Virus record (IMG/VR): IMGVR_UViG_3300047476_000639
Location: 1-64,000 of that record
Length of the DNA: 64,000 nt
DNA from: a virus
Strand: one strand, 5' to 3'
Shown here: piece by piece, positions 35,483-44,048 of the stretch
Numbering within the stretch: the first letter of the stretch is position 1
How the letters are laid out: each line of letters opens with the position of its first letter
Translations under genes and position numbers: made by a program
Notes under the pieces: model-generated
What the model was told of the DNA's origin: nothing
What the model saw: only the letters and a program-made list of their open reading frames with translations
Databases searched by the model: none

Positions 35483-35800
35483 TTATCGTTGAAGGAAAAC
35501 GAAAAACACTGAGGACTGGGGGGCGGTACCCCACGCCTCCACCACGAACACACTGAGAGTCTGACCAGCAGATCATGGTGAACTATGCAATGGGAATGTT
35601 CACTTGCTTGGTGTGTTCTTGATGGGGGCGAACTAGGATCGACTGAGTGTAGAATAGTTGACTGGAGATAACCGTAGGCGACTACGTACAAGCGCAAAAC
35701 TCTAAATGCAAACGATAACGTTCCTGCATATAAGGCTTACGCTCTAGCAGCGTGATACCTGTGGGTATGGCTCCACCTAGAAACAGAACGGGCCACTTTA
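35483..35800 (+). ncRNA. ssrA: permuted two-piece tmRNA (ssrA): acceptor piece ending ...CGCCUCCACCA, then intervening hairpin, then coding piece starting GGGGGCGAACUAGGAUCGAC with tag ORF (A)NDNVPAYKAYALAA-stop
   Basis: The 5' end matches the universal tmRNA start GGGGnnGAuucuGGAUUCGAC. Upstream, T-arm TGGGG-GGCGGTA-CCCCA is followed by CGCCTCC-ACCA, complementary to GGGGGCG with a G3-U70 wobble. cucuaaauGCAAACGAU... parallels the E. coli resume region; the tag ends ALAA. Confidence 0.6.
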
Positions 35801-35824
35801 ACACACATGACACAGGAGTATATC

Positions 35825-36082
35825 ATGTCAAAGACACCTTATGAACTACGTTATGAACTTCTTATGCTTGCTCAAAACATCCTCACAGAACAAATTATGA
35901 ATGAACGCATTCGTCTTGAGAATGATTGGAGTCTCGCAAGAGAGAAGGCCTCCATTCAGCTTTCTAATGGTGACACAAAGATTGATCTTCCACCTTTCCC
36001 CGAGGTACCTAAGATCAGTGAAGAGGCTATTATCAAGATGGCAGAAAAGCTTAATACATTTGTGTCTAAGAATGCCGAATAA
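35825..36082 (+). CDS. hypothetical protein
   Basis: ATG with caggag RBS. Confidence 0.4.
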   Translation: MSKTPYELRYELLMLAQNILTEQIMNERIRLENDWSLAREKASIQLSNGDTKIDLPPFPEVPKISEEAIIKMAEKLNTFVSKNAE

Positions 36083-36299
36083 AGATGAGATCGCAAACTT
36101 CTCTCTAGCCATTGAGACTTTGGTTAGAGAGAAGTCCATCCCTTACATGGATGCCGTGCTGTTATATTGTGAGAACACTGGACTTGAAGTAGAGCTTGCA
36201 GCTAAACTCATTTCTAGTGTTCTCAAATCCAAACTGAAGATTGAAGCAGAAGAGCTTCACTTTCTTCCCAAATCAAACACAGCAAAACTTCCCTTCTAA
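36072..36299 (+). CDS. late-transcription accessory protein, T4 gp33-like (C-terminal region)
   Basis: YMDAVLLYCENTGLEVELAAKLISSVLKSKLKIEAEELHFL versus T4 gp33 YLEATTAFLEENSIPETQFAKFIPSGIIEKIQSEAIDENLL; position 5' of the 59-32 pair as in T4; ATGCCGAATAA overlap. Confidence 0.45.
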   Translation: MPNKDEIANFSLAIETLVREKSIPYMDAVLLYCENTGLEVELAAKLISSVLKSKLKIEAEELHFLPKSNTAKLPF

Positions 36300-36314
36300 C
36301 AAAAGGACACACAC

Positions 36315-36869
36315 ATGACAAACACGTTAACCGATAACGACACTTTTGCGGTATCGACGCTGAAAGACAAACTCAAGTCTAATCTGAAAGAAGTTCTTGG
36401 TGACATAAAGTTTTCTTCATACTTCAACCCAGAACAGCTTGTTATTGCAGGTGGTTGCTTCACATCTCTGTTTCATAGCGATACTGTTAAAGACTATGAT
36501 TTCTTCATTCTGAACAGCACACATGAACAAGACAAGCTTTTTGAGAAGACCATATTGAAGCATGGAGATATGTCTTATATCAAGAACAAGAACATCAAGG
36601 CAACTCACACGAACACATCAAATGCTGTGCAGTGGATTCTTACCTCTTATAAGAACAGGAAAGAACTCATCGATAGCTTTGATATGCTTCACTGCACGAT
36701 CTCTTATGTGCCGCATGAAGATGCCTTGTATGTGAGTCCTCTTACTCTTCATTGCATCAAGAATAAGATCATGCGGCCAAACCTGAAAAGGAAGCCTGAA
36801 GAGATTGAATATTGGCGTATTGAAAAGTTTAGGGTAAGGGGCTGGAAGAATGAGATTGTCGGCGTATGA
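36315..36869 (+). CDS. hypothetical protein
   Basis: ORF; overlaps the next gene by 20 nt. Confidence 0.4.
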   Translation: MTNTLTDNDTFAVSTLKDKLKSNLKEVLGDIKFSSYFNPEQLVIAGGCFTSLFHSDTVKDYDFFILNSTHEQDKLFEKTILKHGDMSYIKNKNIKATHTNTSNAVQWILTSYKNRKELIDSFDMLHCTISYVPHEDALYVSPLTLHCIKNKIMRPNLKRKPEEIEYWRIEKFRVRGWKNEIVGV

Positions 36870-37461
36870 TACATTCTGTCTTTATCTGGCACTGAAAAAT
36901 CACTTTTCAAGAGACAGTTACGATTTCTTCAAGTACAATGGTAAGACGCATGTGAATAAAGAAACATTCCTCAATCGCAGAGACCGACTACAGTTTCAGC
37001 GGCTCTCAAAGAGGTATGATGCTGATCAGATGCGGGATTTCTTTATTGCAAACTTTCTACACGACGAAAGCATTTGGGTTGGTAATCTTCTTGATGACAA
37101 TTCTGATGAACGCTATAATGAGTATATGAAGAGGAAGCAGTCCCTTTCATATGTGTTCAAGAACGAGCTTGATAAAATTTTAGATGATGTAAATGGTGAT
37201 ATCAAAGCTCTGTTCAAACCACATGATGGAACTCTTCCTCTTCTAACTGCTCACTACCAACATGAGGCATCGCTAGAAACACTGGCGATACTCGACTACT
37301 TCGTAGACTACTTCAACAGATATGATGATCGATACAAAGATGATTATATGTGGAGTAAGACACGAAAGAGGTGCAAGAAGCTTTTCCCTTTCATTGAGTT
37401 TGATAAAAATAAAATGAAAGAATTGCTTAAAGAGAAGTTGAATGCGCCTATATACTCTTGA
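36850..37461 (+). CDS. helicase loader, T4 gp59-like
   Basis: FCLYLALKNHF...YDFFKYN and RRDRLQFQRLSKRY...IWVGNL parallel T4 gp59 YKLYLMIKQHM...YDVIKYN and RRDKYFFQKLSEKY...AWIGDI. Confidence 0.7.
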   Translation: MRLSAYDTFCLYLALKNHFSRDSYDFFKYNGKTHVNKETFLNRRDRLQFQRLSKRYDADQMRDFFIANFLHDESIWVGNLLDDNSDERYNEYMKRKQSLSYVFKNELDKILDDVNGDIKALFKPHDGTLPLLTAHYQHEASLETLAILDYFVDYFNRYDDRYKDDYMWSKTRKRCKKLFPFIEFDKNKMKELLKEKLNAPIYS

Positions 37462-37520
37462 CGGAACGAGATTGTTCTGTCAACATACAACGATATACAA
37501 CGAACATACGGAGAAAATAC

Positions 37521-38444
37521 ATGACTAACTTTGCATCCCTTAAGAAGACTTCTTCTGACATTTCCCGCCTCACTAAAGAAATCGAAAAGATCAATAACCC
37601 AGAGTCCAGCACTGAGTATGAAGAAGACACGCGCTTCTGGAAGCTCACTCGCGGTAAGGACGGAAACGGTTCTGCTGTCATTCGCTTTCTTCCCGGTCCT
37701 GCGGTTGATGGTGATGATGCTCTTCCTTGGGTACGTTACTTTGACCACTGGTTCAAGGGTCCCACTGGTAAGTGGTACGTAGAGAATTCTCTGACGACCT
37801 TCGGTAAGAAGGATCCCGTCTCTGAGTTCAACAGCACCCTTTGGGGTGATTCCTCAATCAAGGACGAATCCTTCCGTCCTCTTGAGCGCAAGCAGGCGCG
37901 TGAACAGAAGCGCAGGCTTCATTATGTTTCTAACATCTATGTTGTCTCTGATCCTGCCAATCGTGAAAACGAAGGCAAGGTGTTCCTGTTCAAGTATGGT
38001 AAGAAGATTTTTGATAAGATCACTCTTGCTATGAAGCCTGAGTATGAAGGTGATCAGGCCATTGTTCCCTTCGATTTGTGGAAGGGTGCAAACTTCAAGC
38101 TTCGCTGCCGCACCGTAGCTGGTTATCCTAACTATGATCAGTCTGTCTTCGATGGTGTCTCTGCACTCCATGATGACGATGCTGTGCTTGAGAAGATTTG
38201 GAAGTCTGAGTTCTCTTTGAAGGAGTTCATCGATCCTAAGAACTACAAGTCTTACGATGAACTGAAGAAGCGCCTGAACGAGGTGCTTGCTTTGAATGAT
38301 CAGATTACGGACTCTGTGACTTCTTCAAGGCCCGTTGATCCGGTTACTTCGTCAAAGCCGACCTTCGACGGACCAAAGACAAAGAAGTATGATGATCCTG
38401 CGCTTGATGATGATGAAGATTACTTCAAGAACCTGATTGACTAA
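37521..38444 (+). CDS. single-stranded DNA-binding protein, T4 gp32-like
   Basis: GNGSAVIRFLPGP versus T4 GNGQAVIRFLPSK; ENEGKVFLFKYGKKIFDKI versus ENEGKVFKYRFGKKIWDKI; acidic C-terminal tail. Confidence 0.85.
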   Translation: MTNFASLKKTSSDISRLTKEIEKINNPESSTEYEEDTRFWKLTRGKDGNGSAVIRFLPGPAVDGDDALPWVRYFDHWFKGPTGKWYVENSLTTFGKKDPVSEFNSTLWGDSSIKDESFRPLERKQAREQKRRLHYVSNIYVVSDPANRENEGKVFLFKYGKKIFDKITLAMKPEYEGDQAIVPFDLWKGANFKLRCRTVAGYPNYDQSVFDGVSALHDDDAVLEKIWKSEFSLKEFIDPKNYKSYDELKKRLNEVLALNDQITDSVTSSRPVDPVTSSKPTFDGPKTKKYDDPALDDDEDYFKNLID

Positions 38445-38474
38445 TAAATAAGAATAGCAGGCGAGCGCGAGAAG

Positions 38475-38506
38475 GGGAGAGTTTCGGCTCTCCCTTTTTT
38501 ATTTTT
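38475..38506 (+). terminator. rho-independent terminator between convergent + and - genes
   Basis: GGGAGAG-tttcgg-CTCTCCC followed by TTTTTTATTTTT. Confidence 0.6.
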
Positions 38507-41459
38507 GTGCGTAGATTGTTCTTGGCGCAGAGTGATAACCATGATTGTCGAAATATTTGTCTCGCGCATATGCCCTCAGTGCTGATGGTGCATAATCAAT
38601 TGCACCAAGAGAAGAAGGTGTCGTGGATTGATTTGACGGCGAATAACCGCCAGTAGACATTGAAGCTACATTCTTTGGTGTTTCAGTTGATTTGCTACTC
38701 AATACATCTTCGTCCATGGCCACATCAGAAGCTCTCTGATCTGTACCATCAAGAGATACAACATCTTGAGCTTGCCGTCTTTCTTTCGGAGGAATGATCA
38801 CAGCGGTTTCATCTGAAGCAACTTCAATGCCTGTTGGTGATCCATCTTTGCGAACAACCTTCAAATTATCTTTTGCTTTAATCGTGCCGCCTTCTGCCAA
38901 CTTCACTGAAGAGTTTGCATCTTCACCTGTTGTTGTGATAAGAGGTTCAGAGGTAGATTGACTTTGCTTTTCTGAGGTCTCTTTAGATCCATCAGCCATC
39001 ACAGCATCTTGGGCAGCTCCGTTTTCTCTTCTACCAATAGCAGTTTCAATTTCACTCTTCTTTGCTAAAGCCTCAGCACTATCATCTTTTATGTTTTGTA
39101 TCTCAGCAGTAAGCTCTTCAACGCTTTTAGCAGCATACTTTCTATCATTCTCTCTATACTTTAATTCGTTTTGTATGTCTTTGATTTCAAAGGCCGTGTC
39201 TTCATTTTGATCGGCAGATTTTTGCAGATACTCAAGTCTGTTCTGTAAAGACTTAGCTGATTTTGTAGTATAATCGTTATCATATTGTTCTTTTGTTTGC
39301 TCTTCTGCTGATGTTTCTGGTTGAACTTCAGCTTTAACTTTTTCTTCTTTTTGTTGCTCATAGAACTCCGCATATTTGTCTCTACTTAACTCATAACCAT
39401 TTTTTGTTTCCGTCCATAGACCATGCTTGACCATAGTATCTGCAAAGCGTTTGCCTTCGTCCCCAAAATATTCAGGATTAGTAAATAGTATTTGCCTTAC
39501 TTGATCATAAGTTTCGGCCGTAACATTTCTACTAGGAGCAAAATGCACATGGTTTGGATGTCCGTGTCCTTTAGGTGATAATCTCCAACCTGATGAAGAT
39601 GCTAATCTTCTACCTTGATTGATTAGTTCTGTAGGTTTTAATAAGCTGACCATTTTCTCATTAAACATCAAATCACCTAAAGCTTGATTGATCTCAAGAG
39701 AAGCTGCTTGAGATCCTACCTGCTTAACCCATTTTGGTCTTACTCCTTCACCACTCGAAATGTCAGCAGCCAAGGCGGCATGAGCACCTCTGTGATGTCC
39801 TTTTGGAGAATGTCCAGTGATAGTTTCGGTGCCCTCAGGATTAAAAACACCTTGTCTAACATATGGATTTTCACCAATGGCTTTACCAAGACCTAGACCA
39901 CCAATAAAGTTCATAGCAGGCATAAAGTTTTCTTCTGCATATTTTGATGTGGCGTTGCCTTTACCCGGTAACGAATAATCTTCAGAAGGATCGTAACCTC
40001 TAATGAAACTTCCTGCTGGTGCCGCTGTCAACTTTTCAGCAGTAGCACCACTCTCTGTTAATCCTTTCTTATGCATGATCTCAGCTAAGTTTGCTTCAGC
40101 CTCATTAAACTCTTCTGGAGTTTGAAGCTTTTCTGCAAAATCTACAATGTTTACACCAGCACCCATACCTCCGGGCCCGGTCTCTATGATACCACCAAGC
40201 TTCTTAAGTGTTTCATCATCCATTGACTTTACAACTTGAACAAATTTTGGCATATCTTCTGCTGAAACTTTTTCATCAAGAGTGGCTGTATCAATGCCCA
40301 TTTTCTTCGCTAATACAATTCTATCAGCAGCATTTACTATTTTTGGCTTTTCAAAGTCTCGCACAAATGCTGTGGTTGTTTCTTCAAAGTTGTTTGACGT
40401 TTTTAGAATTTCATTTAGTCCAGCATAGTTCTTATTATTTTGAAATAGATCAAAAGATTCATCAATCGAATCTTTCATCGACGCAATATACTCATCAACA
40501 TCTTTTACGTTGCTTTTGTTAACATGGTACTTTCTAACATCTACTCCGGCCTCGGCGCCTGCACCTCTAACATTCAAGTGAAACACACCGCCGGAATCAC
40601 CATGATCTCCATATGGTAATAGTCCTAAATGACTTTCAGCCATTGCATTCGCAACCATACCTTTGATGGCGGCATCTGTATATCCAGCCTCTTTACCTTT
40701 TTTAGCAATGTAATTGGCTAGTTCTGTTTGAATTTTAGCATTGTCTTCTTTATTACCCATACCGGCACCATATGTTGCGTAGTATTTGCCAGTTAGTTTG
40801 TTATCTCTAAATGTGGTAATAGGATTTTTGAATTTGAAACCTGTAACTTCACTTTCAGATTTAAACTCACTAAGAACTTTTTTCTTAGCCGCTTCGACCG
40901 ACATCGTGTCTTTGACATAGATGTTTCTTGTACTTTGAGGATGTACCGCCTGTTGTGATCTCTTTATGCCTATAGACTTTAGTTCTGCATCAGAAAGACC
41001 TGAAAAAGGGTCATCTGTTGATGAGAATGATTGTGTTTTCTTGTTTCTAACGACTTCATCAAAGGCCTTTCTCACATTTGCTGGTAGAGATTTTCTTAAT
41101 TTCTCTTTATTAACTTCACCAGTTAGATCGGAATCTTTACCAATTTGTTTTTTTGTCTTTGTGCCTTTTGGACTAACATATGAACTTGGCGCTTCGCTGG
41201 TAATCGGTGCAGAAGGTAAACCTTGTCCAAACTTACCAGAAGCTATCTGTGATGTGGCCAATTGAAATCCACCAATGTCAGGCAGTCTTTCTCTATAGTA
41301 CCTAGGGAAGAGATTGGCCAATTGTGATGGTGTCAGAGCCTGTATCAACTGAGAATAAAACGTGTTATCGGCTTGAGCCATATCAAAGCGTTGCCTTGCT
41401 GAAGTACTCTTCAGCAGCTTATCATAACTGATTGTATACTCATTTGGATTGATGGCCAT
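38499..41459 (-). CDS. large (986 aa) virion-associated protein with peptidoglycan-hydrolase-like motifs (M15 peptidase-like; possible SLT-like)
   Basis: GHSPKGHHRGAHAALAADIS plus PNHVHFAP resembles the M15/VanY H..G.A.D...H.H signature; AESHLG...GDSGGVFHLN is vaguely SLT-like; A/E/K-rich coiled regions. Confidence 0.45.
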   Translation of the reverse strand: MAINPNEYTISYDKLLKSTSARQRFDMAQADNTFYSQLIQALTPSQLANLFPRYYRERLPDIGGFQLATSQIASGKFGQGLPSAPITSEAPSSYVSPKGTKTKKQIGKDSDLTGEVNKEKLRKSLPANVRKAFDEVVRNKKTQSFSSTDDPFSGLSDAELKSIGIKRSQQAVHPQSTRNIYVKDTMSVEAAKKKVLSEFKSESEVTGFKFKNPITTFRDNKLTGKYYATYGAGMGNKEDNAKIQTELANYIAKKGKEAGYTDAAIKGMVANAMAESHLGLLPYGDHGDSGGVFHLNVRGAGAEAGVDVRKYHVNKSNVKDVDEYIASMKDSIDESFDLFQNNKNYAGLNEILKTSNNFEETTTAFVRDFEKPKIVNAADRIVLAKKMGIDTATLDEKVSAEDMPKFVQVVKSMDDETLKKLGGIIETGPGGMGAGVNIVDFAEKLQTPEEFNEAEANLAEIMHKKGLTESGATAEKLTAAPAGSFIRGYDPSEDYSLPGKGNATSKYAEENFMPAMNFIGGLGLGKAIGENPYVRQGVFNPEGTETITGHSPKGHHRGAHAALAADISSGEGVRPKWVKQVGSQAASLEINQALGDLMFNEKMVSLLKPTELINQGRRLASSSGWRLSPKGHGHPNHVHFAPSRNVTAETYDQVRQILFTNPEYFGDEGKRFADTMVKHGLWTETKNGYELSRDKYAEFYEQQKEEKVKAEVQPETSAEEQTKEQYDNDYTTKSAKSLQNRLEYLQKSADQNEDTAFEIKDIQNELKYRENDRKYAAKSVEELTAEIQNIKDDSAEALAKKSEIETAIGRRENGAAQDAVMADGSKETSEKQSQSTSEPLITTTGEDANSSVKLAEGGTIKAKDNLKVVRKDGSPTGIEVASDETAVIIPPKERRQAQDVVSLDGTDQRASDVAMDEDVLSSKSTETPKNVASMSTGGYSPSNQSTTPSSLGAIDYAPSALRAYARDKYFDNHGYHSAPRTIYAQK

Positions 41460-41462
41460 CTC

Positions 41463-41663
41463 TTATCTCTTAGCTCTCTTTTGCAGCAAGGCTCTATCGC
41501 GTCTTGCCTCTTCTTGTTGCTTCACATGATCTTTCAGCATGTCAAGGTATAACCCTTTCTCCCAAGGTATCATATTATCAAGCTCGGTCAGGCTATACTT
41601 GTGCATGTGCATCAAAGCAAAATTGGTTCTGAAGAAATTCTTCAGCGTATCATGACCGAGCAT
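41463..41663 (-). CDS. hypothetical small protein
   Basis: ORF adjacent to the large virion protein. Confidence 0.35.
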   Translation of the reverse strand: MLGHDTLKNFFRTNFALMHMHKYSLTELDNMIPWEKGLYLDMLKDHVKQQEEARRDRALLQKRAKR

Positions 41664-42385
41664 TACTGAAAAAAACTTTCAAAATCCTGTATCTTGATCT
41701 TGTGCTTGAACCCACACTTACCACAGTTGGCATCTGCCACAAACTGGAAGAACGGTAAATCATTGATAAACACATCTAGCTTTCTAAACTGTTGCTCTGT
41801 CAGGTTCTCAATAAATGCACGAAGATCCTCTTTAGTAAAATCTTTGGCGGTCAACACAGTATCTTTCTCATAGATGATAGCAATACAATTCACCAATAGA
41901 TCAATCTTCTTATCAAATGGGTTCGTAGCACTGTTCACACTCTTCATTGCACTGTAAGTCGGATACTTCATCTTGAGCTTGATACCACCACCAAGGTCGA
42001 TATCAAGATTTTCTTTATCAGCACCATATACTTCATAATCGGTGATATTTAATTGGACATCAAAAACGTGCAAGCATGGCTTACCTTCTACTTCATTACG
42101 GCACTTATATCTGAGATCGATGACTTCACCGATAGACTTTGCACGTAATGCAATAAAGAGATAATCGATATCAAAGAATGCAAGCTTATCTACATTGATA
42201 TCACCAGACACCAAGCAGTTATTGATGACCTGTTTTGTTGTCTTGATGATTTCATCGGAATCATTGCTCTCAGAAGCCATTAGCAACAGCTTCTCTTCTT
42301 TCACCACAAATGGTCGAAATGTACCTTCTTCACCTGTTGAAGGCACTTTCAGCGTAAATGTTGGCAGATCAATCTTAGGTAACAT
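41663..42385 (-). CDS. hypothetical protein (240 aa)
   Basis: ORF in the minus-strand block; C-terminal CGKCG. Confidence 0.4.
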   Translation of the reverse strand: MLPKIDLPTFTLKVPSTGEEGTFRPFVVKEEKLLLMASESNDSDEIIKTTKQVINNCLVSGDINVDKLAFFDIDYLFIALRAKSIGEVIDLRYKCRNEVEGKPCLHVFDVQLNITDYEVYGADKENLDIDLGGGIKLKMKYPTYSAMKSVNSATNPFDKKIDLLVNCIAIIYEKDTVLTAKDFTKEDLRAFIENLTEQQFRKLDVFINDLPFFQFVADANCGKCGFKHKIKIQDFESFFQ

Positions 42386-42401
42386 AATATCTCCTCATAT
42401 T

Positions 42402-43043
42402 TTAAGTGTTAGCAGTATTTTCACCAAAGTTATAGTCAATTAAGTTTCTACCCCACTTGGTATATGTGAACGTGACAGCAAGTCTCTGAAAGTTATCGTC
42501 TGCCCATGTAACTGGTTGAGGACTGATCTGAATAGGATATGCTTCTAGCAAAGTGATGACATACTTGGCGTCATGTCTCTCACCTAGCTGAAAGATATCA
42601 ATCTCTGTGGCATAGTCTTTCTTGTAGTTGAAATCAAAAGTGCTGATTGGATTGATCTGCTCCTGCCATGTATCAAACAACTCTCTTTCTTTAGAGTTGA
42701 TGCGGCACAGAAACGTGAAGTTCACATCTTCATATACTGTTTGAAATGGAAACTTGACACTTGGCCCGTAATAACGGATATCTGAGTTCATGAAGGTGCG
42801 ACCTGGAAACTCAGCAACTTCACACAAGTAAATCAAATCACCAAATGTAGATGTGACACCGCGAATACTATTCTGTCTTCTAGAGTCCAGTCTACCAACA
42901 CCACCGTTGAAAATTGCAGGGCACGGCTTGATGTTGACCACGAACCTTGCAGAACGAGCGGGCCCCATGCCCTCATTCATCTTGCCTAAGATTTTGTTCA
43001 TCTCAAGATTGGCTGGTACTTCTTTACCGTTGAAATTTGCCAT
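42402..43043 (-). CDS. hypothetical structural protein (213 aa)
   Basis: ORF in the minus-strand block. Confidence 0.4.
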   Translation of the reverse strand: MANFNGKEVPANLEMNKILGKMNEGMGPARSARFVVNIKPCPAIFNGGVGRLDSRRQNSIRGVTSTFGDLIYLCEVAEFPGRTFMNSDIRYYGPSVKFPFQTVYEDVNFTFLCRINSKERELFDTWQEQINPISTFDFNYKKDYATEIDIFQLGERHDAKYVITLLEAYPIQISPQPVTWADDNFQRLAVTFTYTKWGRNLIDYNFGENTANT

Positions 43044-43054
43044 TTATTCCTCTT

Positions 43055-43615
43055 TTACTTCTTTACTACGAAGAGTTCGACTGGTAGCTCAATGGCTCTA
43101 TCCCACTCGGTTCCCGGCACTTCAATGAAAGGACTTCTGACTTGTGAGAATAGATATCTCTTGATGCAGGGACGCATTTGAGTATTGATCCTCTTGGTAC
43201 TAGCCAATAGATCATATGAGAGCTTGAGCTTGGTCTTCTCTGTGAGATTAGGACTTGTCTTGAACTTTAGCAACCTACCAAGCAAATCTGCACGTTCACT
43301 CTGGCTGAGATAGTGCAAGTTAAGACCTAGAAAACCATCTGAGTATCTCTCAATTGGAAACACCAAAGGAAATCTGTCATAGATCGGCAGCGTCTTCTTG
43401 TGCTTAGGGTCATACCAGAAGAAGTACATCTTACCAATGACCGTAACGCTTCTGCTACGATCTACTGATGAAATGATCTTTCTACGGTATCCAATAGCGG
43501 TCGTAACCTTACCAGAAAACCAGTCGCTTAATTCTTTTTTGTTGTATTTGTTGTTGGCCATGGACCTATTTATTTGATTCCAAGATGATCTTCGGTCATT
43601 ATCTTGAACTCCCAA
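43055..43615 (-). CDS. hypothetical protein (186 aa)
   Basis: ORF; overlaps the next gene by 45 nt. Confidence 0.4.
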   Translation of the reverse strand: MGVQDNDRRSSWNQINRSMANNKYNKKELSDWFSGKVTTAIGYRRKIISSVDRSRSVTVIGKMYFFWYDPKHKKTLPIYDRFPLVFPIERYSDGFLGLNLHYLSQSERADLLGRLLKFKTSPNLTEKTKLKLSYDLLASTKRINTQMRPCIKRYLFSQVRSPFIEVPGTEWDRAIELPVELFVVKK

Positions 43616-44010
43616 CCACGATCAGCACAATATTCTTCAGCGGCAGCCCACTTGGCTTGGTTCTTACCCCATGTTGTAACCTCTGTGATATATTGCTTAG
43701 TGATACGTTTCTTCTTGGCAGGTTCTTTTGTCTCTTTCTTGGGTTTTATCTCAATCAACATCTCTTTGATGTTACCCTTTGTATCTCTGGCCTTCATGTA
43801 GAAATCAGGAAAATACCTATGGTAGCGATTATCTAGAGGTGACTTGTAAGGTATGATGACCTCTTCGCTCGACCACTCTAGAACCGCTATATTCTCATCT
43901 AAGTATTTCATGAATTTACGCTCCCATAACGAACGATAGATAATGTTCGTGGGATCACCCTTGTACTTCTTTGGGTTTTTAGGAGTAAATTTGCCTTTGT
44001 AGGTTTTCAT
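43570..44010 (-). CDS. PD-(D/E)XK nuclease, T7 endonuclease I-like fold
   Basis: YRSLWERKF...LEWSSEEVIIPY...YFPDFYM...IEIKP parallels T7 endonuclease I FRSGLEDKV...FEYEEWKVPY...YTPDFLL...VETKG. Confidence 0.5.
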   Translation of the reverse strand: MKTYKGKFTPKNPKKYKGDPTNIIYRSLWERKFMKYLDENIAVLEWSSEEVIIPYKSPLDNRYHRYFPDFYMKARDTKGNIKEMLIEIKPKKETKEPAKKKRITKQYITEVTTWGKNQAKWAAAEEYCADRGWEFKIMTEDHLGIK

Positions 44011-44017
44011 ATAAATA
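44010..44017 (+). promoter_or_regulatory. T4-type late promoter TATAAATA
   Basis: Exact TATAAATA about 30 nt upstream of the first + strand structural gene. Confidence 0.45.
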
Positions 44018-44048
44018 TATATAACTCAATGAGGATTCACAGAGAACC

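Noticed and set aside
35470-35490. 9-nt complementarity GTTATCGTT (35482..35490) to AACGATAAC inside the tmRNA tag codons
   Set aside because: It could be chance. No known tmRNA architecture pairs the acceptor-piece 5' tail with the tag ORF. It is recorded only as an observation.
35483-35549. Upstream tRNA-like 3' fragment considered as a phage attP core derived from host ssrA (an integration signature)
   Set aside because: No integrase or recombinase gene is present in the window. The fragment is followed by a matching 5' piece and tag ORF, which favours a complete two-piece tmRNA gene over an att remnant. The T-loop is non-canonical, so some doubt remains.
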